64,000 bases of DNA from Trichoplax sp. H2 (Eukaryota): contig NOWV01000003.1 in the NCBI GenBank assembly GCA_003344405.1, positions 434,001-498,000 of the forward strand, written 5' to 3'. Positions 31,661 to 44,717 of the stretch are shown piece after piece. Numbering within the stretch: position 1 is the stretch's first letter; every line of letters starts with the position of its first letter. The translations under genes and the position numbers were made by a program. Below the pieces are notes generated by a model. The model ran no database searches. It was not told where the DNA came from and saw only the letters and a list, made by a program, of their open reading frames with translations.

Positions 31661-34600
31661 ATGCAACGAGAATTTTTATCCAGCAATGATGAGATAGAAG
31701 TAGAAGTAGCGAAGATTAATGAATTTGGCTGCGAAGAGTACGTATCCACAATAAAGTATTTAATTATATATTTCTATTATACGAAATCGTTTCAATAGTC
31801 ATATTCTCCGTATCGTATAGCAAGCGCATCCGAATACCAAATTCACAAAAGTCGATATTTTAGCTCCTTGTATCGATATAATTTTCATCATTTCTGTAGA
31901 CTTAATATACTGTATAACATTAATATTGTAAACATATTTTGAAACAAATATTAAAGTTATAGTAACTCCGAACGAGAACTAGCATTCAGTTTACTCTGTA
32001 ATTTAGTGATATTTTCGAATAAAAAACACGTCTACGCTACTAAAATTTAGAATGAGGTATTGCAGTACTTACGTAATTTTCGTTTAAGCACAACAGTCGT
32101 AAATTTTTCACATATACTACGCGTATAGCATGCTGTAAATACGATTGTTGCATACACCAGCAATAGAACTTTTATTTCGAAAACGCTTAGAGTCATGAAT
32201 TACCTTGATGCATTTAAGAGCTGCTTACAAGCTTAGTAAAGACTACTATCGGAATGATGAGAATTGTGCATTAAACTGTGTTACTTCATAAAAACTCTTA
32301 GCTTACTTTGCTGAAACTGTTATACTGATGAATATATAACTATGTCCTACTGCACCCTCTTTAAGCTATCGTACCGATACATCAGTATCGCTGTTTCAAT
32401 CAAATATGGTAAGAATTTATGTTAAATGGCCAGATCTGTCGTGCATTTATACTTTGTTTCTTTACATTTATTTCTTACTTTGCAATACTATAAGTAGTTT
32501 GTTTTTAACAGTCGTAAAAGCCTTATAACAACTAGCTTGATGTCCTGTCGGTACTCTGACAGAGGCACCAAATTTAACTTTTCAACTTCATAGGCAGCTA
32601 AATATTATAAAATTGTAGTACTATGTATTGTAAAACAATACGTTAATAATGATATACGTATATCCGAGTGATCCTCATTTATCATTTCGAAATTATTTAG
32701 TATTACTGAAACATAACGTGCGAGGCGCATATCAATTCAGCAGTACTGTATTACTGTTATGTATTATTATTATACCGTTCAGAGATCATATATAATCGTT
32801 CCTGGTTTGATGAGTAGTAGTTGTCGAAAACTAATCGCATAATACAGTGTCACAAAACAGCTCTATGCGCACTTATTACTAACTGTAGTACTTGTCTACG
32901 ATCTCTGAACCATTTAAGGAATCAACAATAATCATTAGATTCTTCTCCTATAGTTACTGGAGTGCTAGACAACTACCGTTAGGATAAAAATGTACTTTAT
33001 TGAAGAGGGAAGCAATATGGCCAAGTGCCTACACATACCAAGACACAACAGTAAATGCTTGTAATATAGGTGTAAAATATCCTTACACTGATGCTAGCAA
33101 GCTTTACTCACGGAGAAAATTACACTTACGTTCAATTAACAATCTTGAGAATAATAAATCAATTTATAATCAGTCCACTTAATCATCGAGTAGAATAATT
33201 AACACCGATCATGAAGCATGCTCCTTAATGTAACAGTACATACAATTACATTTATTACCGTAGTAATTGCTTGCTTTCCATGTTATTTATCGATCAATTA
33301 TAACGAAATATATCCTTATAAGTGACATCGTACTTAAAAATTATTTTTTATTGGCCCCTATTCTAATGCTTCATACATCTTAATGAAAGATACTAATGTA
33401 ATTTGCTATGATGCTGTGCAATACCAATTCTGCTTATTGACACCTTTATACCTACAGTATATAAGTATAATAATGCTACTCAACAAAGTTATAATTCTAG
33501 AGTTATTAAGCTACCTTAAACATATATATAATAGATTACAATGACAAGTAAATCTATTTAATATACGTGTATTAGTCAGCAAAGTCTAAATTAACAAGCT
33601 GCGAATAGCTCTATTAGTAAATTAACGAAGTCAACTAGAATCTATTGATGCATTACATCATACAAGTTCATTAAAATCTAAGCTTAAAATTTTAAACAAT
33701 TAAGATATATGTACCTTTTTACAAAGACAATCAGTAGCAAAAGAAAGAAAGAAATCGACCATATCCTAATTATTATATATTATCAATAGATTGTATTTTT
33801 AGTAAGGACAATTTCAATTATCTACGGCATCTAATCGATTAAGAACTTTAATTCTGAGAGACGTTCACAATACAGCATTCGTTATACCATTAACTTAGCT
33901 AATAAGGAATACCGGAGCTTATATAAATATACTAGGTTAAATTTTAGATTGTACAGAATTTCTTAATTGTGGATTCTTCTGAAAATAATGTAGTTCCGAA
34001 AAGTATGCTAATTAATTCGTAATTATGCAATATACGTTAATGCGAAGAAAAAAGTAAACATTTATTCTGGTTGCAGTAGTATCTAATTTCATATCAGTAA
34101 ACTACCAATAATAAAATAAAACCCGTAGATTTTTGAAGGCTCGAGTTATAAAATTCATATGCTGACTTTAGATAAACATCAAATTCAATTTGCTTCTTTT
34201 CATATTCAGAATGAAAGAGGTAAAGGTTGGTGAGTACGGTTCAGTCTTATTGATTAGAGACAAAGCAGGAGATTTTTCGGCCATAGGAAGAAAATGTAGT
34301 CATTATGGAGCTCCTTTGAGTAAAGGTGCTCTATGTGATAATCACGTGAGATGTCCTTGGCATGGTGCCTGCTTTAACATAAAAACTGGTGATATTGAAG
34401 ATTTTCCTGGCTTAGATAGTATACCAGTTTATAAGGTAATATTAATGACGATCCATATACATAGTAATTTGCGCTATGTAAATTCAAGGCATAAATATAG
34501 CCCTAATACTAATGCTTTATTAATGTAACGTATTGTCTAGCCTGATGTATAGATGTTTTGAAGCTACAAAAGTTAGACGTAGACTTATCTGCCAAGATAT

Positions 34601-37600
34601 ACGAGTATTACAGTACTTTGTACCAGTTGAAATAATTTAATGTACAATATTACACATTATAATGGTACGTTAGGCTTATAGCATGCAATTTGAGCTCAAC
34701 GAATATAAAATTCTATATTACTAGGTCAAGATTAATAATGGCAGTGTCTACATCAGATGTCGCCGTCAGGTAACTGGATCTATCAAAAATTTGATAATTA
34801 TGTTATCTTTGTTGATCTTGCTTCAATACTTTATCACTAAATTTGTAAATGATAATAGTATTTAAAACAACTGTTAGCTGTTGCATTTCCATCCATTTTA
34901 ATCTACATGTAGCACATTGCTAATGGCGTATATAAATCAACATTTATTACGATACATTTAATAATGCAATTTTAAATAATTCGTCTATAAAGTATTATTT
35001 TTATTCCTTGATGAAAGTATAACTGTAACAACTTACTAGGAACTATCGACAGCAAAGAGATTGCCCACTCTTACTAATTATCAACCTAATTTCGATAAAC
35101 GAGTATTCTTTATTATTGGTGGAGGTATGAATTCTTTATACTCGTTTCTATGCACTCATCTTATGTCTGAATTTAAGGTTTATATTGCAACCTTTCATTA
35201 CGTATTCCCTTAAGTTGTAATAACCGTGGTAATTGATGAATTAACAATGCTGTAGGTCCAGCAGCATTATCATGTGCTGATACTTTAAGAAAGGAAGGTT
35301 TTCAAGGTCGCATCATCATGGCAACTCGTGAACGAAGTCTTCCATATGATCGTCCAAAACTCAGTAAAGCTCTTAGCAGTACTGCTGCATCGTTACAGTT
35401 ACGTAGCGCTGAATTCTTTAAAGATACTGCAATTGAAGTCTTAACTGAATCAGAAGTAATAAACCTTATGAAATTGCTACTTTATTCCCCCTATTGAGAT
35501 GAGTGACATCTGAACGCATCTTTTATTGACTCTTTTTTTAGGTTATAGGTCTAAATATCAAGACTAAGACCGTAACAATGAAAGATAACAGCATAATAAT
35601 ATATGACTCTGTCCTCATTGCGACTGGCAGCAAGTAAGTATTACACGGAGTTAATTAATAATCGATACTGCAGTATCATATGTCAACATTAATGTCAAGT
35701 GCAGTCTATGATTAAGTTCTGCGAACTACGTTAATACAGTACAGGTAATTTAATGTTATAAATACATTATGAAATTATATTATCCAAATTCTTTAGTCCA
35801 CGTATAATGCATATAACTGGTTCACAAGCCAAAGGAATCTTTACTCTGCGAACTCCTGAAGATGGCAATGCCATAGGTAAGTTATGAGGCTACATAATTG
35901 AGTTCTCGTATATTAGTGCATACATGACTTTATCGATTACAGGAACATGCATTATTTAAGCGATGGTTGTCAGTAAGCTGTCGATGCACACATAGTTTGC
36001 ATCTGATATCATAATTCAAAACTTTCTTTAATTATTCTTTGTATGTTTTTTTTAATATTAATTAATTTCATCAATATTTATAAAGCATCGGAATCAAATG
36101 GCAAGAATGTAGTAATTGTTGGCAGTTCATTTATCGGTTTGTTATCAGCAAGCGAGTTAACATTTTAATATATTTATTACAAATTGTCTCCGTTTTTAAA
36201 CTTTAGCGCCAAATATTAACTATGTCAGCGCAGTTAATTGAAAATATTTATGCTATACGATACTTAGGCATGGAGATAGCTGCCTATCTAGCTAATAAAG
36301 CGCAATCAGTAAGCGTCATAGGTCGCAGTCAAACACCATTTTCAGCCACGTTGGGCCCTAGGATTGGTGCGGCACTGCAAAAAGTAAATAAGTATATAGC
36401 AAAATTATAAAATACTTTAATATGAGTGAATCTGGACGAAAACGATACACATAACGAATATTACGGTCTCTGATTATATATTATTATTAATGTTAGCGTT
36501 TATTGTATGAGTTATAAATTGTATTATTTGTTTTTATAGATGCATGAAAGTAAAGGCGTTAAGTTCTTCTCAAAGACGAATGTTAAAAGTTTTCACGCCG
36601 ATGATAACAATAATGTATGAAATATTTTTGTTGTTGACTTACCGAGTTTTTTAATTATCGTAAAGTTTGAATATTTGCTTTCAGCTAACTGGTTTAACTC
36701 TATCTAATGGAATATACATTCCAGCTGATGTTTGCATTTTAGGAATTGGTAAAATTTAAGAATAATTAAGTATTATTATGAGTGTATTTTTGCTACATAT
36801 AAATTATACTGCCAATTTTATTAGCTCAGCTTTAGTAACTTCTAAGATTGGTACATACAAATATGGCATGGATTTATATGTATACGAGTACTACGTGCAG
36901 GCTATCTTAACAATCGGTATGATTGCATATTATCTTACAATGTATAAGGAGTTACCCCAGCGACCGAATTTTTGGCTGGTAGTGGTATTAGCTTGAGCAA
37001 GCATGGATTTGTTCCTGTAGATGAAGTTAGTTAGCCTTGTATAATTACATCATTTACATAAAAGTAATCTTGGTGTGAATTTTACATGATAAGATATTTA
37101 CATAATACAAGTATCTATTTCACAATAGAACATGAAAGTAGCAGCAGACGTTTATGCAGCTGGCGATATCGCACAATTTACTATTCAAGCAACGCGAGGA
37201 TTACCAGTCAGCATAGGACATTATCAAATTGCTTTAAAACACGGTAAGAAGGATAGTATCATCAGCTAAATAGGTATTTATGACGATCTTCGATCCAAAA
37301 TGTAACAAAAATCCCTAACAACCTTAAATTTTTACACTATACTAATCAAAAAACTGCTCTTGTCTATACATAATGATTAGTTATGAAACATTATGTATAA
37401 TTTAGTATTTACTGGGAAATTTAATAGGCAATATCGCTGCTAAAAATATGTTGGGAAAAAATGTTGCATTAAATACCGTGCCTTACTTCTGGACACAAAT
37501 GTTTGGAAAATCATTGCGATATACAGGTTGATATATTATCGTATAATATATTTATAGGATTAATGACTATGTACTCGTATTATATAGCTTTACGATAACA

Positions 37601-38030
37601 AATCAGAAGCATTACATTTAATAAGCAAAATCTGCATACATGCGTATAGGTTTCGGGGCTGGATTTGATGAAATTACATTCGATGGGGATGTAGAAGGAT
37701 TAAGCTTCATCGCTTATTATATCAAGTATATATTTTAGATATCTAATTTTGGGTAGCTAAAACTATGATCGTTACAAGTTTTGGCTAATAGTTCGTATAA
37801 TTAATTAACTGGTATTTCATATTAGATCTAACCGCGTTATTGCAGCTGCAAGTATGGGTCGTGATCCTGCTGTTTCTCGGATTGCAGCTCTCATGCTTTC
37901 AAATAGTATGCCTTCAGCAGACGAAATTAGGTAATTACAAATGGAATACTTTATTTACAGTTAATGTTGTTTCATGCGTTAATTTATTTGTTACAGGAAA
38001 GATTCCATGGTTTGGCAAACCAGACTTTAG
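31661..38030 (+). CDS. AIFM3: AIF-like Rieske + FAD/NAD oxidoreductase; the true start may be further upstream
   Basis: Exon 31661-31737 (MQREFLSSNDEIEVEVAKINEFGCE) is in phase with the Rieske exon (KCSHYGAPL...VRCPWHGACFNIKTGDIEDFPGLD). Other motifs: IIGGGPAA, LPYDRPKLSK, VGSSFIGMEIA, VYAAGDIA, VPYFWT, GKSLRYTG. Stop TAG 38028-38030. Confidence 0.92.
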
Positions 38031-39210
38031 TTACTTTTCAGGCTATTCCGTAATTTCTACGAGCTAATCAACTGAAATACTGTTAAACTAATTTCATAGG
38101 GTAGTTTCAATGCGTTATGCTAATAACTTAAAATTTAAGTTCACTAAAATATGACCTTCAACTGGTTTTATTACTATCGTAGAAGAATTATTAAACTGTA
38201 GTATGGCAGATTATATCTTATTCTGTATAAGTTTACTAAATCACAACAAAATTAGACCTACGAAAACTTAAGATAAAAATCTACTTTTATTACAATATTT
38301 AAAAAGGTCCGTGTAAGCTAGTCTATGTATTCCTAACATACTTTCTGTAGTAGTAGCATGTCTAGAATAACACACTCACACTTCCGTTAGTTAAATATCT
38401 GCGTGCAATTAAAACAGATCTTATGATTTTATGCTCTATCTACGAATGAAACTCCAATATCCTAACATTCAGTATTTTTAGAAATAAAGAAAGCTTTAAT
38501 ATAGTACATTTTTTAGCTTGAATCACATATCTGTTTGTGAGTAGCCTAGTATCTTACAATCTCTGAAGTACAAAATTTTTATAAAACGACGATGTTAATG
38601 TAGCTTAAAGTATTATGGTTAACTGGAAATACTGTAACAGCGATCGTGGTCAGTAATGTATTTCTCTAGAAGTTCTAGTACGGTACAGTATCGGTTATTA
38701 TTAGAAAATCAAAACTTTTGTCAAATAAAGAAGTCATGTATTGGGTTTAGCTGTTCTGATCATTTTATATAAGCAATATAGTTCCGCAAGTTTATGGTAT
38801 TATCAGTGATATTGAAGGGAACGTTGTTAAAGCTGTGCTATATATGCTTTATAAACGTATACCAGCGTGAAATCTACGAGATTTGCAGTATCGTTCAACT
38901 CTTGACGTGAAAACAGGAGAATAATTACGCACTACATACAGTGATACAGACATGCACGAGTATTTATCTGCAACTCTTAATCGTTCTATCGCCTTCTACT
39001 TTTAGTAGAAAATTACACATTATTATAAAATAATTGAATGTCTGTAACTCTAACTCCCGTTAGAGACTGAATAACAAGCTTACGCAACGTAATATCAAAC
39101 TTTAAAAAAGTTTAATCCACCATGGGTACAATATGTAATTATACAGAATAAAAAGAATGAAATGCGGTATTTTTCGACAAAACTCTTAGTATAGTATTTA
39201 TATCGTAACT

Positions 39211-41128
39211 TTATGCTTTAAAGATATGTACAGCTCGAACAACGTATTGACGACATATCGGGCATTCCGCAAGTCGTTTCCCGCACTTTGTGCAGGTAAC
39301 CATATGACCACATTCCAAAAGTACACAGGTTATAGGAGCATCCATGCATATTTTGCATAGATCACTGTCATAGTTATTAGAGGACTTTCTATCTCCTATT
39401 ATGATAAATTCAATAGTGATTATTGAACATTATAAATTATTGAATGACAAAATAATCTTTTCAAGGAATTAATGACTGCCTTAATGAATTCTTACCTATA
39501 TCTTGGCTAAACTTATTTTCAGGTATATTTCGTTTGGCTGTAAGTAGGTTACATTCAAAATATTAAGAAAACAAAATTCTAGCAAATTGTCGATCACTAT
39601 GTTTTATATAATTGTATTATACTAACTACAAGTTTAACTGCATTACGTCAAAATAGAAAGATTTAATGGCGTGCTTACTTTCAGTATCGACTTTCGAGAC
39701 GTATAGCCGATGCACCCTTTCAATTAATTCCCACTTTTCGACGCATCCTTTATAATCAACAAAGTTGGTTACTAATATTTGTTTAAGTTGCCTTACAGAT
39801 AATAATCGAATATCATTTTCGCTCCTAATATCACTCAGAGAAATACGCCGCTTAATGTCCTATTAACGATCAAGAATTACACATTCAGATAAAATAAATT
39901 ACCATGCGTTAGACAATCTATAACCGGTGATGGTGTATAAGAGTATGCGTTATAAAGATTAACGAAGATTTGATAAAATGTTTGAGAGTTGACTTAGCAG
40001 AGAAAGTCTAGTCTCATAGAGAGAGTATAACACAAATTGACTGGATTAAGGAGGATTACCTTGTTTTTTATTTCTTCAGTTGGCAATGGTTTGTTTACAT
40101 CTTCGTTCAAATTACCTTTTACAACGCAGGCAGAAAAATATGCCCTTAGCAAAATGAGCATCGTGAGCAAATTGATAACAAAAAATTACTTGATTGCGAT
40201 GTATCTTGAGTGTTATTGTTTCCAGTCTGGTTCGATAAGTCATTTTCGCTAATAGTAGACGTACCTAAAGTATCTCTATTATTATTGCTACTAGACCCTT
40301 CTAATTCATCTTCAAATAAGGGGGTTCGTATAATGCCGAGTTCTGAATTTGATATATCTTGTAAATGGCTGATAACTAATTCTACCATCTCCAATTTTGA
40401 TTGTGATGTCCTTGTTGGGATGTTGTTCGTGACTAAAAATTTTCTGAGATCCTTTGCTTTTAGTAACATAACCCGTGACTGATCAATTTGATCTCCACTA
40501 ATAGCATGACAACGCAAGCAGCATCGGTGTCCTCGATATGTAGGATTCCGATGCTTCAGCGAACAGCTGCAGCAAAAGTACTTCGTACACTGACAGCATT
40601 GATGCTGTAAAATGAAATGCAAGCATGAGAGAGCTGACCATAAAAAAATCAATACGTTACACATGCAGTAACCCAAATTATTCAATCTTGATTAAAGGCA
40701 TCACTTTAATCTTTATGTGTAATTAGGTAAAAATAAGTTCTACGGATAGGCATCCATGATAATACGTCGTATTTAATTTAATTATCTTGATCAATACACA
40801 GTGTGTTCCTTATTTTGCATAAATATCATAAGAGTACACACAGTATCATCCTCTAGCAATGCGTAAGTGTAAAATACTTATCAATAGCGTAACGTATTTT
40901 AGTGCTATCTTTTTTTTTGTTTTGATCTCGCAGCTTGGCTGGTATTACTGTAAAATCAACAAAGTGATCAAGGCAATCAGGATATGCTATAGCTCCTACC
41001 TTACGTTTGAAAGTAGAAAAGACGGCCATACAAATTTCACATCCGTATACCCCTTCATTTCTGCTAGAAATTCGGGATGTATTGTCTTCTGCTATTACAG
41101 CCGAAAGACTACTAATACCAGATCCCAT
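39211..41128 (-). CDS. RNF34: CARP-family E3 ubiquitin ligase (RNF34/RFFL): FYVE-like finger, SAP-like repeats, RING
   Basis: [28 protein letters not shown]...[92 protein letters not shown]. Confidence 0.93.
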
Positions 41129-43253
41129 GGTAAACCCTGTAAGAATGAAGGTAAAGCAAAAATCATTTAATGTATAAAATACTGTAAATGAAATAATACT
41201 GTGTGAGAAACAGCAAGTTTTACTATATAAGACTGCTTAGGTGGATAAACCAATATACCGTGGTGTGCACCAAGATGGATAACAGTACGATGTACTCATA
41301 AATTAAGAATGGGAAGTCACTATTACTTTAATGATGATGCAAATTATATTATTATTTACTTTATTAATATCTATGACCTAAACATTTAAAATTTAGGATA
41401 CAGGTTTCACTGTTTATTGCATCGCAATTGATATGCACGGTATTGTAAAAAAAATACGTAATTATAATTATAAGGTAAAATTAGATGATTATACTGAAAT
41501 TAAATCTATCTTAAAATCATTAAATATGCCTATATTACATAATTACAGTATAAAGATTTTATACAGTTAATAAATCAATGAATATTTTTTCTTAAATAAT
41601 TATACGCGTATAATTTAAGTTAATCGCATCAGATAACGAAATTATTTAAACTATTAGTAAATCATTTATTCATAGACGTAGAATCTATAAGCAAATTTTA
41701 CGAAGCGACAACATTGATGTGCAGTTCAATAAAGTGGCATAAGTCGATGAATGATATACAGTAATAGTATAGTACTACGCTTATTTGAAATAGAAATATT
41801 CTGATCCTTTACTTAGATATTGATCGCAATAAATTGGGTTTTCAACCCTAAATCTTATTAAAAGCACAACCATCATTGAGTAATTATTCACAACCAATTA
41901 ATTAAAGAGTACAGTACAGTATAGTACTATACTGTACAATGTAACGTACGACTATTTAGCTCGTACTTCATACTATCTATAGTACTGCATTGCTGTACGA
42001 AAATTTATTTGAGAAACAACAGTCTACGATATGAAATAAGTGTAGATGGTAAAATAAGAAAATAAAACTAATCAGTGGTTGCTTAGAATAGTAAGAAATT
42101 GAGCATCGTTAGCAACGAAATCCTAGACGTACAGTACTTTACCACTTTTCAAAATTTTATTATTGAAAATGTACACAAAATAATGATCGCTAAACGAAAT
42201 TAATACGAATACTGTACTAGTAATACTTTCGTAACACAGTCAAGGAGGTTTTAGCCTAAATTTTTAAAAACCAAGTTAGGTTTTTATAGATTTTGTTAAT
42301 ATATAATACTAAAGAACAACAAGTCGTTTTCGACGTTAGCACAGTACTTAGTATAGGCGATAGACTAGGGTTTAGTACGAACTGCACATAAATAACGTAG
42401 TAATATTTTAGTGATAAAATGGTAATGCTAGCTTAGATAGGCGTTTTTTGTCGCTCAACATCACTTTTTCGTACGACAAATGTTGCAGTAACCTTTTACA
42501 GAAAACAGATTAAAATTAATTTAACCTACATTTATTTTGGAAAATGTTTCCGATTAGATAAAATTTATGAAACGTAATAAATGCTTAAAACATTTAACCT
42601 AACCTATTCCTTCCCTAAATACAGTATTTCTATCAGAACCTTGCTGCCATAACTGATTATAAATTATAATGTTACTACTACCAAAGAAGTAGAAGAGCAT
42701 TTCATTTCCATCAGTATTAATCCTTGGTAATCCTTGATGACAAAATTTTTAGATAGTAGAATGTACTGTATTGTTCGTATTTTACTTCGGCTATTCGGAG
42801 GGTCCGCAGCATTTGTGATATTCATAATTGATCTTGACATATATACGTGTAAACGTCTAATTTACGATAGGTATTTCTACAGTTGTCGTTAGTCTTGCTA
42901 CATATGCCAATTCATTCCGTGTTTAGATTGATTAACGTTAACCCGTTTTACTGTCAGGACAATTTAGTAATAATACTGGATATACGGTACAGAACATATC
43001 ACAAATAACAAGGACAAGATTCAGGTTATAACTGTAAATAAATATTATTATTATATTACCGATATACGCCTTACTTCAAGCGTTAAAACTTCTTTAAAAT
43101 GCAGCAGATGTCTTGCTGGATAAAATACGTCAATGAGTGGAGATATACATATACTATTTTCGCTTACTACTTCATATTTAAAAGCATAAGTGAAAAATAT
43201 TAAATGACATGATTCAATAATAAATAAATATGCGATGATGAAGAAAGAAAAAA

Positions 43254-44573
43254 TGTACACTACAGTACTATACTATACTATTTTTATTTATATCAGTGAC
43301 TTCTGCTACGGACAGTACGGATCATGAAGGTACGGTATTTATTTATTTTATTTTATTTTATATGCCTGAGCGCATACAGTACAGTACAGTACAGTACCGC
43401 GTATATTGAACCACGATTTCATGGGCGTGGCAAGCCCTATACTGTACAATGTAAATGTACAGTACACCATATAGTACCACACTGTGCGTACTAGTTGGAA
43501 ACTGTCCTGTTCAGCCATAGTGTAGCCGTCAATTAGGTCTTTCAATTTTTTAAACTTACATTGAATTTGGCTAAAATTTCTCGAATAATTACAACCATGA
43601 GCAACTGGCACTTTTTATAAAATTTTTACTGCATTATTGAATTTAATTTATTTCTTTGACATTTCGAATACAAACCATCATCAGTCACTGATGCGTGTAC
43701 GGTCGGTTCAAATAGTATACTGTACAATGTACAAGTGATGATGAAATAGTGGTCTACTGTACAGTTAGACTACAGTACTACAGTACGGTACAAGATTGAG
43801 TGCCGAGAATCGGTTCATACTGTTACAGTACTGTACACTGAGTGTACAGTACAGTATAGTGTTCAGTCTGTCCGTTATCATACAGTAAACGTCGTACAGT
43901 ACAGTACAGTAGAAAGGAGCAGCGGTTTACTGTACAGTACAGTACAAAGCCAAAAATATACTGTACAGCCTTATACAGTACTGTATACTGTACTGTACTG
44001 TACAGTACGTCAAGTAACATATAGTACACTACAGTATTAATCTAGTAACACCTAGAATCTTGGATAATTCCTAGCCAAAGAAAATACGTTTATGTCTGAT
44101 TATAAATTATCATGTAAATCCAGTCGATCATCATTAGTAATTAATTGGCTTTGGGTATATAAGCAATTTTTTCATACTGGAAATTGCAATAACTTTAGGA
44201 TATTAATATATTCGTTGTAGGACTGCTTAAAACGCGGTAGTTTTGTTTTCCGTACAGTGTACACTGTACCGTACTGTACAAGTTCCTGCTCATCGACAGC
44301 ACATGAAAGTACAGCTTAAAATTTTAAACTAAAATACTAGTATAGTACTGTACCATGGACTACTAGAAGAAGGCAGGTTTTCTTCTAGCGTACAGTACAG
44401 TAGATTACTAGTAATCCATGACTGCATGCGTACAGTACATTTGTTTTCCAGTACTGGTTTGACTTCTAGATTTTATGTACTGTATGTACTGTACAGTACA
44501 GTACGGTACTGTACACTATACTGTAGTTGCTTTGATGTATTGTACTGTACAGTATAATAACGTACACTGTACA
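43254..44573. repeat. TACAG/CTGTA arrays in the RNF34/THOC5 divergent region
   Basis: Clusters at ~43254-43480, 43715-44037 and 44251-44573. Confidence 0.85.
44354..44420. mobile_element. Short decayed TIR element of the same terminal family
   Basis: CATGGACTACTAG 44354-66 and CTAGTAATCCATG 44408-20, with an inner hairpin CTAGAAGAAGGC/GTTTTCTTCTAG. Flanks ACTGTAC/ACTGCAT. Confidence 0.55.
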
Positions 44574-44717
44574 CAGCAAGCATTTCTTCAACAAAAATTC
44601 TCGACAGTTAACCAAGATTACAAATTAAGAAACAGCCGCATTGACTTACAGTAATAATCCTTCAGCATTTTCATCTACAAAAGCGTGAATAATAAATAAA
44701 TTATTCAGCTTTGCAGA

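Noticed and set aside
41843..41851. CAACCCTAA telomerase-template-like motif
   Set aside because: The template is incomplete and no supporting pseudoknot or H/ACA structure was seen.
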